This document shows, in pieces, positions 30,856 to 40,353 of a stretch of DNA of 64,000 nt. Location: assembly GCA_963663405.2 (NCBI GenBank), contig CAXXSM010000130.1, positions 32,001 through 96,000 of the forward strand. Reading direction: 5' to 3'. Numbering within the stretch: position 1 is the stretch's first letter; every line of letters starts with the position of its first letter. Origin of the DNA: a bacterium (GTDB lineage Bacteria > Hinthialibacterota > Hinthialibacteria > Hinthialibacterales > Hinthialibacteraceae). Under the pieces are notes generated by a model. That model did no database searches and was not told where the DNA came from. It saw only the letters and a program-made list of their open reading frames with translations. Made by a program: the position numbers and the translations under genes.

Positions 30856-33678
30856 ATGGAATCATTAACTAAATCGTTCATTTTCTTCATCTTCTTGATC
30901 GCTCTCATGACATACGCGATCCCACTTCACGTAGCCATCGCATCCGAGACGCCAACGGAGACACCAACGGGAACACCTACCCCAAAACTCCCTCTTCCCG
31001 ATCGTTTCAACATCACCCTTGATGCGAACCACGAATTGAAACGCCTCGTTCGGGATATGTCCCCAGATGCCTGCTTAGCGATTCAAGCGGAAACCGGTGA
31101 TTTATATTGCATGGATCGAGCCAATGATGATCGGGTTGAAATTCATAAAATCTATCCTTTTCAAATAGATCTAGTTAGATCGGAAATGAAGACAGGTTTT
31201 AGGCGTTCTTTTTCTATCAATACAGCGAGAACTTTAAGCGATTTAGCAGTTGATTGGGATGAAACCCTTTATGCTATGTGTGGCGCAGAAGGAGTCAATT
31301 GGATTTATGAAATATTACGAGGCAGTTCATGGTTTAATAGTATTTCTGTCGCATATTCGCAGAAAATGCTCCTTGTAGATAGCGATGATTTGATATCTGG
31401 CGCCAATTCCACTGATTTATTATTGATATATATTTATGGCACTTGTCGGATATTCAGATACGATGTAAAAGAAAACAGACAAATCACAACACTAATAGAG
31501 AGTGATGAATTTGTACAATCTTATATTTCTGATCTTATCATTGGGCCCAATAATAGTCTCTGTTTTTTAGTCCACGATAAAAATCAATCGATATTAATTT
31601 ATAAATATGAAGAAAATAATGTTAAAGAGTTAATACACGGTGCCATTCTTCCCGGTTATATTCCACACAAATTCGCCTATTTAGAAAAGGAAAAATCATT
31701 CTACATCGTAGCGGAAAATTCGGAAAATGAATTGTCTCTCTTTCGTGTTACAGGGGATGGATTATCGGCGGTGAAGGTAGGAGACCTTGGCGCTGTTCAC
31801 AGCATGGTTTCTTCCAAAGATGGAAGGAGCCTCTATTTCACGAATCCTCTGTCCGATAACAAATCGGCTATCTACGCGTATACGTATACCGACGCGGAGG
31901 TCACTCCGACACCCTCCTTTACACCGACGAACACACCGATTCCTTCCTGTACTCCAACGAATACTCTTACACCTTCAATCACCCCGACCTTTACGCCAAC
32001 ACCGACGTTTGCTCCGCTTTTTGCTAGTGATGATCGCTTTGATTCGGAAATTCTTGTCCATCATCTTGGGGATTATGTCGATCTCTTTGTTCATCCAATC
32101 ACAGGAAATTTGGTTTTCCAGTATGAATACTTGTCAAGAAAGATCTATTCATTGGCGCCTACTGATCGTATTGTTGACCTTAGTCAAATCGAACCGTCTT
32201 TGGAGTTCAAGGATTCGATTGATTTCCGGTTGCATGCTGTGCATCCGGATGGATGGTTCTATGGAGTTCAAAGTACTGCATTTATGAATTTCATGGTTCA
32301 ACGAGTACCCGATAATGGTTTCCTGGATACAAGTTTTTCCTCGTTTGAGGCGAAACCCCGCGCTTTACATATCGTCTGCGAATCCGACACCATCCCCGAC
32401 GCTGAACCTGGAGATGTATTGATTTTAGGAGAAAAGGATGAGCATCGAATTGCTTGGATTTGGAATCTTGATCCTTATGAGCTAATCAATATCAGCGCTC
32501 CCTGTGATGATCCTACATTGCCCTGTGAGACGCCGTTGTATGTCCCCGAAGTGGTACCCTTAATGCCAGATGAAGATATTCCCATCTGTCCCCAGGACTG
32601 GACGATTGGTCCTGATGGAGCGCTTTACTTATTGGTATATGACCTCGGCCTAATTAATACGAGTAAAGTGTATCGCTTGGGTATGGATAAAAAGTTTAAA
32701 GAAGCGTTCCATTTCTCGCTCGGAGAAGGATATTATGATATTACATATTGTCCTGCCGCGCGCTCATTCTTCTTCCTGAATAATTCACCTCGAAGCCTAG
32801 TGAGGATTTCGGAAGATGGTTCAGAGATTAAAAAGATGGAATATTCCGATGGATTTATCTATGATATAGCGACATCATTGGATGGAACGGCCGTATATTT
32901 ATCGTACAAAGATTATCCAATATCAGAACGTAATTCCATCGAAGTCCTGCGATACAAAGGCGAGGTTTCAACCCCTACGCCCATTCCTTCTGAACCGACA
33001 CCAATCCCAACCCCCATTCCCGGCTGGTTCGTCCTAGATGGCTTCGGCGGTGTTCATTCGTCTAATCCAGAGATCGAACGGCCCGTACTTCCCTATTTCG
33101 CCCCTTACAATATTGTTAGGGATATCGAACCAGATCCCTTAGGCCGTGGATGGTATATGCTGGACGGCCTTGGGGGTATTCACACTTCTTCACCAGATCT
33201 CCCGCGTCCTATGACGCTGCCCTATTTTAATTTCGACATTGCCCGCAACCTCGAAATCGTTTTGACTGACCATGGTCTAGAATTCTATATGCTGGATGGA
33301 TTCGGTACCATTCACACTTCTACGGGTGAACCGTTTGAATATGGTGATCTCCCCTGGTTGGGGGCCGATCTCGCGCGTGAACTTGAACCCGATCCCAAGG
33401 GAGAAGGATGGCTAATGTTGGATGGATATGGCATTATGTACTCCACCCATCGGTCTGAACATGATTTTCCATTAAGCGCGTCGTTCCATTCAAATCCCGT
33501 AGCCCGTGGCATGGTCCGCTTCCCCGATGAAACCACGGTCCTCATCGACGCCTTCGGAGGCCGCCACACCAACCCATTCTACCCCGCCGTAGACGTCATC
33601 AACGGCCTCCCCCCCGAATTCTACTTCTATGGATTCGACATCATCTGGGATGTCGAAACCGTGCCAGCCGCTCAATAG
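30856..33678 (+). CDS. Secreted modular protein, paralog 2 (A-B-C)
   Basis: Same architecture as paralog 1; near-identical C domain. Confidence 0.85.
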   Translation: MESLTKSFIFFIFLIALMTYAIPLHVAIASETPTETPTGTPTPKLPLPDRFNITLDANHELKRLVRDMSPDACLAIQAETGDLYCMDRANDDRVEIHKIYPFQIDLVRSEMKTGFRRSFSINTARTLSDLAVDWDETLYAMCGAEGVNWIYEILRGSSWFNSISVAYSQKMLLVDSDDLISGANSTDLLLIYIYGTCRIFRYDVKENRQITTLIESDEFVQSYISDLIIGPNNSLCFLVHDKNQSILIYKYEENNVKELIHGAILPGYIPHKFAYLEKEKSFYIVAENSENELSLFRVTGDGLSAVKVGDLGAVHSMVSSKDGRSLYFTNPLSDNKSAIYAYTYTDAEVTPTPSFTPTNTPIPSCTPTNTLTPSITPTFTPTPTFAPLFASDDRFDSEILVHHLGDYVDLFVHPITGNLVFQYEYLSRKIYSLAPTDRIVDLSQIEPSLEFKDSIDFRLHAVHPDGWFYGVQSTAFMNFMVQRVPDNGFLDTSFSSFEAKPRALHIVCESDTIPDAEPGDVLILGEKDEHRIAWIWNLDPYELINISAPCDDPTLPCETPLYVPEVVPLMPDEDIPICPQDWTIGPDGALYLLVYDLGLINTSKVYRLGMDKKFKEAFHFSLGEGYYDITYCPAARSFFFLNNSPRSLVRISEDGSEIKKMEYSDGFIYDIATSLDGTAVYLSYKDYPISERNSIEVLRYKGEVSTPTPIPSEPTPIPTPIPGWFVLDGFGGVHSSNPEIERPVLPYFAPYNIVRDIEPDPLGRGWYMLDGLGGIHTSSPDLPRPMTLPYFNFDIARNLEIVLTDHGLEFYMLDGFGTIHTSTGEPFEYGDLPWLGADLARELEPDPKGEGWLMLDGYGIMYSTHRSEHDFPLSASFHSNPVARGMVRFPDETTVLIDAFGGRHTNPFYPAVDVINGLPPEFYFYGFDIIWDVETVPAAQ

Positions 33679-33713
33679 TGATTAAGAATCGTCATCAACG
33701 AATAAGGAGCCTT

Positions 33714-36700
33714 ATGATGATCGTATCATCCAAGTCATTTCCCTTGTTTGTCTTTTTATCATTCATAGTGAACGTTCTATTCATAAATCCATCTCACGCC
33801 GCCATTTTTTCAGAAACCCCCACCAATACCCCACCCCCGCCGTTTGATCCCATTCAATTGAGTGATGACCGGTTTCAAACAGATATCCTTTATTACAATG
33901 TGGGGATTCGCGGTGTGCTCGATATCGATCCTTTAACAGGAAACTTGGTTTTCCAAAAAGATTTAAATTTAGTCAGTCTCTATTTATTATCACCGCCAGA
34001 TCATCCTGTCTGGATCAAGCAAGTCGAGCCGTCCATCGATGTGAAAATCCCATATAACACGCGGATCCAGGCGGCCGATTCGTATGGAAGATACTATGGG
34101 ATATACGATTATATCGCTCCCTATTCTGTTGTCACGAGAGTGAATAAAGATGGGCTGCATGATATCAGTCTCGCTCTAATCCCCGCTAAATGCCTGGGAA
34201 TGCATGTTGTGAATGAAATGGATAAGATCCCCGGCGTCAAAACGGGAGATCTATTGGTGTTCGGAGAAAAAGTAGATTGGACAATGGGGATTTGGATCAT
34301 CGATCCCAATGAACCGATCCTGCTAACACCAATCAGTTACGATCCTCCAGATCCTTTACCTGAACTGGAATGTTCAACGCCGGAGAAGAAAATCCCACTC
34401 AATCCCATCGATTGGACCATTGGCCCGGATGGCGTGCTCTGTCTTCTCGCGCATGATCCAGACCAAAGCGATCGCCGCGTACTCTATCGGTTAGACATGG
34501 ATGGCGCATTGATAGAAATCTATCAATTCCTCCCCGGAGAAAGATTTACCGCATTCACTTATCTCCCCGCCGATCGCGCCTTCTATCTATTAAAAGATAT
34601 AGATAGCGATGATTACAAAAGCGTCGTGAGAATTCCGGAAGATGGCGCCGGTATGGAAGAGATCCCATATACGGGCGGAGAAATCTACAGCCTTGTCACA
34701 TCGTTGGATGGTACGGCCATTTTTCTATTAAGCAAATATCCCGGAAATTCCATGCGGGATTCAATTCAAGTCCTGCGATACAAACAAGATGGCGTCATTC
34801 CAACACCCACAATCGCTCCAACGAACACCCCCGCGCCGACCTATGGGCCGCTGTTTGTGAGCAATGACCGGCATGAATCCAAGATCCTTATCCGCAATTC
34901 GGGAAACGGCGGTGCAATCGCCGTCCATCCAATCACAGGAAACATTGTTTTTCAGGATGATTTCTACTCAAAATATATCTACTCCATCTCTCCACCAGAC
35001 CATTCCGTCAGCCTCAGTCAATATGAACCATTATTGACAGGTAAATATTCAAGCGAATACCAAAATACGGACTTTTTTCAACTCCATGCTCTCCACCCGG
35101 ATGGATGGACCTACGGAATCGACGACAATCAACAACCAGAATATTTCGCGCCATCAAGATTAACAGAAAATGGATACATGGACAGTTTCATCGTTGGTTT
35201 AGTCGCTGAATTCCGTGGCATGCTAATCGTCAAGGATACCGATAACATCCCCGGCGCCGAACCTTGGGATATTTTGGTTTTAAGCGAATATGAAGACCGA
35301 AACACAGGTATACGGAATGTCGATCCCTATAAAATGATGATGAGTGGAGAACCGGCTGATCCTCTTATACAAGAATCTCCTATAGAAATCCCCGAAGTGA
35401 CAGTTTTACTGCCAAACACGGATATTCCAAAGGGACCCATAGATTGGAACATCGGCCCCGGTGGAACGCTCCATCTCTTAACGTACGACCGTGAATCCAA
35501 CCGCTGTATAGTCCATCGCCTGGATGTGGATCGTAATTTTAGAGAAGTGTTTCACTTCTCCCCCGGCGAGGATATCACCGCCTTCGCATACCTCCCCGCT
35601 GAAGGCGCGTTCTATTTTCTGAAAAATCCTTATCAAAACGATACAAAAAGCATCGTGAGAATTCCTGAAGATGGCTCCACAATGGAAGAAATGCCCTATT
35701 CCGGAGGAGAGGTCTACGACATAACAACATCATTGGATGGAACCACCTTATATCTCTTGTACCAAGATTCCAGATTTCCCGACTGGAATTCCATCCAAGC
35801 TCTGCAATATGTAGGAGAGAAGATATCGTTTACACCGACCAGTACACCAACACCAACTGTAACACCTACATTTGCGCCGGTCCTTGAGAGTACGGACCTG
35901 CTTGATTACGATCTTTTCGTTCGCTATACCGGCCAGCATGTTTATCTTACCATCCATCCAATCACAGGTGACTTGGTTTTCCAGGATGATGTATATTCGA
36001 ATAAAATCTTTTCACTGCCTCCCCTAGACAGTCAATTTGACCTTAATCAAATCGAACCATTTCTCCAAACGGATGACTCGGTCCGCATTCTTTTACAAGC
36101 CATACACCCAGATGGATGGATTTATGGGATTCGTGGAAGAGATAGTGTGAAGTTTAAAGTTGAAAGACTGACACAAGATGGATTGTTAGATCCTGTTATC
36201 GCTTCGTTTCAAGCCAGATTCCGTGATATGCATATTGTTAGCGAAACGGATACTATTCCTGGAACCGAAATTGGTGATGTATTGGTTTTAGCTGAGAAAG
36301 AAGATCGTGTCGCAGGGATTTGGGTACTCGATCCAAATAAAACAATCAATCTTAGCGCTCCTTGTGACGATCCTTTGCTCCCTTGTGAAACACCAGTGTT
36401 GGTTCCCGAAATGACGTCTTTGCTGCCAGATGGGGATATTCCTATCTGTCCGAAGGATTGGACGATTGGTCCGGGCGGAGCGCTTTATTTATTGACGCAC
36501 AATCAGGATAAGGTGTATCGCTTGGATATGGATAAACAGTTCCGGGAAGTGTTTCATTTCCCCATTGGAGGAGGCTACCTTGCGTTTACTTATCTACCCG
36601 CCGATCGCGCGTTCTATTTTCTCAAAGATTCAGCGCATGGCAAAGGTCAGATCATAGTTCGAATCGAAGAAGATGGTACCGGTATATCAGAGATGCGTTA

Positions 36701-37532
36701 TTCGAATGGTGAATTCTATGGCCTTACAACTTCGTTGGATGGAACGGCTATTTATTTATTGCATCATTGGGGAGCAGATCGAAATTCCATCCAAATCCTG
36801 CGATATAAAGGCAAGGTCACTACACCTACACCTACTCCCTTTGAATCCACACCGGCGCCCACTCCCATTCCCGGCTGGTTCGTTTTGGATGGATTCGGTG
36901 GTATTCATTCAACAAATCCAGAACTTGAACGACCGGTACTCCCCTATTTTGCCCCTTACAATATTGTTAGAGATATCGAACCAGATCCATTAGGCCGGGG
37001 ATGGTATATGCTCGATGGTCTTGGAGTGGTGCACACCTCTTCCCCTGATCTTCCGTATCCCATCGGGCTGCCCTATTTCGGCTTCGATATCGCCCGCAAT
37101 CTCGAAATCATTTCAACGGAGAATGGCCTTGAATTTTATATGCTGGATGGATTCGGGGTTGTTCACACCTCAACGGGGGATTCATTTGAATATGGTAATC
37201 TTCCTTGGTTTGGAGCCGACCTTGCCAGAGAACTTGAACCTGGTCCGAATGGCAAATCTTGGCTCGTATTGGATGCCTATGGGTATCTACACTCTAGCCA
37301 ATGGACCGGATATGATTTGCCCCTAAGCGTGCCTTATCATCAAAACTTGATCGCCCGCGGAATGGTCCGCTTCCCCGATGAAACCACGGTCCTCATCGAC
37401 GGCTTTGGAGGCCGCCACACCAATCCATTCTACCCCGCTGTGGATGTCGTCGACGGCCTCCCCCCCGAATTCTACTTCTGGGGATTCGATATCATTTGGG
37501 ATATCGAAACCGTCCCGGCTACACAGCAATAA
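33714..37532 (+). CDS. Secreted modular protein, paralog 3 (B-B-B-C)
   Basis: Three copies of module B (PxTGxxVFQ...DWxIGPxG...TSLDGT...SIQ); start placed at the ATG after aaggag. Confidence 0.85.
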   Translation: MMIVSSKSFPLFVFLSFIVNVLFINPSHAAIFSETPTNTPPPPFDPIQLSDDRFQTDILYYNVGIRGVLDIDPLTGNLVFQKDLNLVSLYLLSPPDHPVWIKQVEPSIDVKIPYNTRIQAADSYGRYYGIYDYIAPYSVVTRVNKDGLHDISLALIPAKCLGMHVVNEMDKIPGVKTGDLLVFGEKVDWTMGIWIIDPNEPILLTPISYDPPDPLPELECSTPEKKIPLNPIDWTIGPDGVLCLLAHDPDQSDRRVLYRLDMDGALIEIYQFLPGERFTAFTYLPADRAFYLLKDIDSDDYKSVVRIPEDGAGMEEIPYTGGEIYSLVTSLDGTAIFLLSKYPGNSMRDSIQVLRYKQDGVIPTPTIAPTNTPAPTYGPLFVSNDRHESKILIRNSGNGGAIAVHPITGNIVFQDDFYSKYIYSISPPDHSVSLSQYEPLLTGKYSSEYQNTDFFQLHALHPDGWTYGIDDNQQPEYFAPSRLTENGYMDSFIVGLVAEFRGMLIVKDTDNIPGAEPWDILVLSEYEDRNTGIRNVDPYKMMMSGEPADPLIQESPIEIPEVTVLLPNTDIPKGPIDWNIGPGGTLHLLTYDRESNRCIVHRLDVDRNFREVFHFSPGEDITAFAYLPAEGAFYFLKNPYQNDTKSIVRIPEDGSTMEEMPYSGGEVYDITTSLDGTTLYLLYQDSRFPDWNSIQALQYVGEKISFTPTSTPTPTVTPTFAPVLESTDLLDYDLFVRYTGQHVYLTIHPITGDLVFQDDVYSNKIFSLPPLDSQFDLNQIEPFLQTDDSVRILLQAIHPDGWIYGIRGRDSVKFKVERLTQDGLLDPVIASFQARFRDMHIVSETDTIPGTEIGDVLVLAEKEDRVAGIWVLDPNKTINLSAPCDDPLLPCETPVLVPEMTSLLPDGDIPICPKDWTIGPGGALYLLTHNQDKVYRLDMDKQFREVFHFPIGGGYLAFTYLPADRAFYFLKDSAHGKGQIIVRIEEDGTGISEMRYSNGEFYGLTTSLDGTAIYLLHHWGADRNSIQILRYKGKVTTPTPTPFESTPAPTPIPGWFVLDGFGGIHSTNPELERPVLPYFAPYNIVRDIEPDPLGRGWYMLDGLGVVHTSSPDLPYPIGLPYFGFDIARNLEIISTENGLEFYMLDGFGVVHTSTGDSFEYGNLPWFGADLARELEPGPNGKSWLVLDAYGYLHSSQWTGYDLPLSVPYHQNLIARGMVRFPDETTVLIDGFGGRHTNPFYPAVDVVDGLPPEFYFWGFDIIWDIETVPATQQ

Positions 37533-37550
37533 GTAAAAAGGAACTGTACG

Positions 37551-40340
37551 ATGGTATTATTCCGTAAACTATTCATTCTATATGTCTTAGCATTTGCTAT
37601 GACAACATCCGTAATCCCATCTCACGGGGCTGTTACATCCGAAACGCCAACGGAAACCCCAACAGTAGTTCCCAATCTTCCCGATCTTCTCCATATCACG
37701 CTGGATTCTAACCATGAATTAAAACGGCTTGTTCGGGATACATCTTCCGAAGTCTGTTTAGCGGCGCAAGCGGAGACAGGGGATTTGTATTGCATGGATC
37801 GAGCAAGAAAAAACTGGATTGAAATCCATAAGATTTCGCCTTTTCTATCCGATCAAGTTCGACAGGAAATGAAAAGCGGCCTGATTCGTTCGTTTGATTT
37901 GAAAGCAACAAGGTCGTTAATCGATCTTGCCGTGGATAGTGATGAAACCATCTATGCGATGACTAGATATGAATCTATCGATGATGATATGGATAGGGTT
38001 TTGATTATGAAACCGGATATTTCGAGGATTCGAGAATATTCGTTCGGATATACGCATGGAATATTGATTGTTGACAACGGCGCTTTGATCGCCGGCGTAA
38101 ATCCTCCCGATGTGCTATTGATTAAAAACTACCATGAGAACGATCAGGTGCTTCAATACGATCCATATGGAAATCGCCCAATTACAGCGCTAATAAGATC
38201 AGAACAAATTAATAATTCACCAATCCGTGATTTCATCATTGGACGCGAGAATCTTCTCAACCTATTAGTCCAGGGAAAAAATCAATCCACAAAGATTTAT
38301 CTGTTCAAAGAGGATGATGTGGTAGAATTAACTCGCGGTGGTATCCTTCCCGGTTATATTCCACATCAATTCGCTTATTTGGCTATGGAACAATCATTTT
38401 ATATCGCTGCGGAAAACACAGAAAATAAACATGTTCTCTTTCGTGTTTCTAAGGATGGATTATCGGTCGAAAAGGTGGGAGATATCGGCGCCGTTTTCAG
38501 CATGGTCTCTACCAAAGATGGAAGGAATCTCTATTTCACGAATCCTTTATCTGAAAACATATCAGCTATCTATGCGTTAACGTATACGGGACCGGGGGTT
38601 ACGCCGACGCCCTCCTTCACACCGACGATCACACCGACTCCTTCCTGTACTCCCACGAACACGCTTACACCTTCCAACACGCCGACCGTTACTCCAACGC
38701 CGACATTTGGGCCGGTTCAATGGAGTGAAGACCGGTATGAAACCGATATCCTTGTACATCATACCGGGGAGAATATTTTTCTCGCGATCCACCCGGTTTC
38801 AGGAAACTTGGTTTTCCAAAGAGATTGGTATTCGAGAAGTCCCTATTCATTGTCTCCTTCAGAGGGCCCCTATGATCTGCATTCTGTCGAACCGTCATTC
38901 TATATTAGTAAGCCGGTCAATTTCCTTTTGCATGCCATTCATCCAGATGGAAGGATGTATGGAATTAAAGATAATTACGCCTATTCCAAGATAAACGTTC
39001 AGAGATTAACCCAAACTGGCTTCTTGGATTATGTTTATGACTCACTAGAAGCCAAATTCCAAGCCATGCATATCGTGAGTGAAACCGATAACATCCCCGG
39101 AACCGTAAAGGGGGATGTATTGATCTTAGGTGAAAAAAAAAGACATAAAACGGGGATTTGGAAGATCCATCATGGTGAATCTCCCACGCAAGTTCCCGAA
39201 GTGGAGCCTTTGCTGCCAGATGAGGATCTCCCGATCTATCCACTCGATTGGACGATCGGACCGGGCGGATCTCTCTATCTATTGACGTATGATTCGATTG
39301 TTAGCTATCGATGCAAAATTCATCGCTTGGATATGGATAACAAGTTCAGGGAAGTGTTTCACTTTTCCCTCGGAGAGACGTATATGGGCATCACCTACTT
39401 CCCAGCCGATCATGCTTTCTTCTTTCCGATGGTTCCGCATAGCAACTATAATAGCATCACGAGAATCTCGGAAGATGGTTCCCAAATCTCAGAGATGCTG
39501 TATTCGAATGGAAGAATCTATGATCTCGTTACATCACTGGATGGAATGGCGCTTTATTTATTGTTTAGACATTCCTATATCTCAGAACGGAATTGCATTC
39601 AAGTCCTTCGTTACAAAGGAGATATACATACGCCAACGCCCACTCCCTCTATGCCGACTCCGGCGCCGACACCCATTCCCGGCTGGTTTGTTCTCGATGG
39701 ATACGGCGGTATCCACATGTCTAATCCAGAAACCGGACGGCCCTTACTTCCCTATTTTGCTCCCTACGACATTGCAAGAGATATCGAACCAGATCCATTA
39801 GGACGGGGATGGTATATGTTGGACGGTTTGGGTGTAGTCCATACGTCTTCACCCGATCTGCCGCGTCCCGTCGGGCTGCCCTATTTTGGTTTTGACATCG
39901 CCCGCAATCTCGAAGTCGTCTCGACGGAGAATGGTTTAGAGTTTTATATGCTGGATGGGCATGGAGTCGTTCACACCTCTACGGGAAAGCCCTTTGATTA
40001 TGGCTATCTCCCCTGGCTGGGGGAAGACCTTGCGCGCGATCTCGAACCGGATCCAAAGAGTGAAGGATGGCTCATATTGGATGGGTACGGCGCAATCCAT
40101 TTCAGCCATCGACGCCTCTATGATTATCCCTTAGAAGCGCCGTTTGATAGCAATCCCCTCGCCCGTGGTATGGTCCGTTTTCCCGATGAAACTACAGTTA
40201 TTATCGACGGCTTCGGAGGCCGCCACACCAACCCATTCTGGCCCGCTGTGGATGTCGTCGACGGCCTGTCACCCGAATTCTACTTCTGGGGATTCGACAT
40301 CATTTGGGATATCGAAACTGTACCGGCTGCACAGCAATAA
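37551..40340 (+). CDS. Secreted modular protein, paralog 4 (A-B-C)
   Basis: Same architecture as paralog 1. Confidence 0.85.
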   Translation: MVLFRKLFILYVLAFAMTTSVIPSHGAVTSETPTETPTVVPNLPDLLHITLDSNHELKRLVRDTSSEVCLAAQAETGDLYCMDRARKNWIEIHKISPFLSDQVRQEMKSGLIRSFDLKATRSLIDLAVDSDETIYAMTRYESIDDDMDRVLIMKPDISRIREYSFGYTHGILIVDNGALIAGVNPPDVLLIKNYHENDQVLQYDPYGNRPITALIRSEQINNSPIRDFIIGRENLLNLLVQGKNQSTKIYLFKEDDVVELTRGGILPGYIPHQFAYLAMEQSFYIAAENTENKHVLFRVSKDGLSVEKVGDIGAVFSMVSTKDGRNLYFTNPLSENISAIYALTYTGPGVTPTPSFTPTITPTPSCTPTNTLTPSNTPTVTPTPTFGPVQWSEDRYETDILVHHTGENIFLAIHPVSGNLVFQRDWYSRSPYSLSPSEGPYDLHSVEPSFYISKPVNFLLHAIHPDGRMYGIKDNYAYSKINVQRLTQTGFLDYVYDSLEAKFQAMHIVSETDNIPGTVKGDVLILGEKKRHKTGIWKIHHGESPTQVPEVEPLLPDEDLPIYPLDWTIGPGGSLYLLTYDSIVSYRCKIHRLDMDNKFREVFHFSLGETYMGITYFPADHAFFFPMVPHSNYNSITRISEDGSQISEMLYSNGRIYDLVTSLDGMALYLLFRHSYISERNCIQVLRYKGDIHTPTPTPSMPTPAPTPIPGWFVLDGYGGIHMSNPETGRPLLPYFAPYDIARDIEPDPLGRGWYMLDGLGVVHTSSPDLPRPVGLPYFGFDIARNLEVVSTENGLEFYMLDGHGVVHTSTGKPFDYGYLPWLGEDLARDLEPDPKSEGWLILDGYGAIHFSHRRLYDYPLEAPFDSNPLARGMVRFPDETTVIIDGFGGRHTNPFWPAVDVVDGLSPEFYFWGFDIIWDIETVPAAQQ

Positions 40341-40353
40341 CAAAAGGAGCCGT

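Noticed and set aside
40144-40353. N-terminal extension of paralog 5 (and 55878-55991 for TED4)
   Set aside because: These overlap the previous gene or the riboswitch. SD sites and signal peptides indicate starts at 40354 and 55992.
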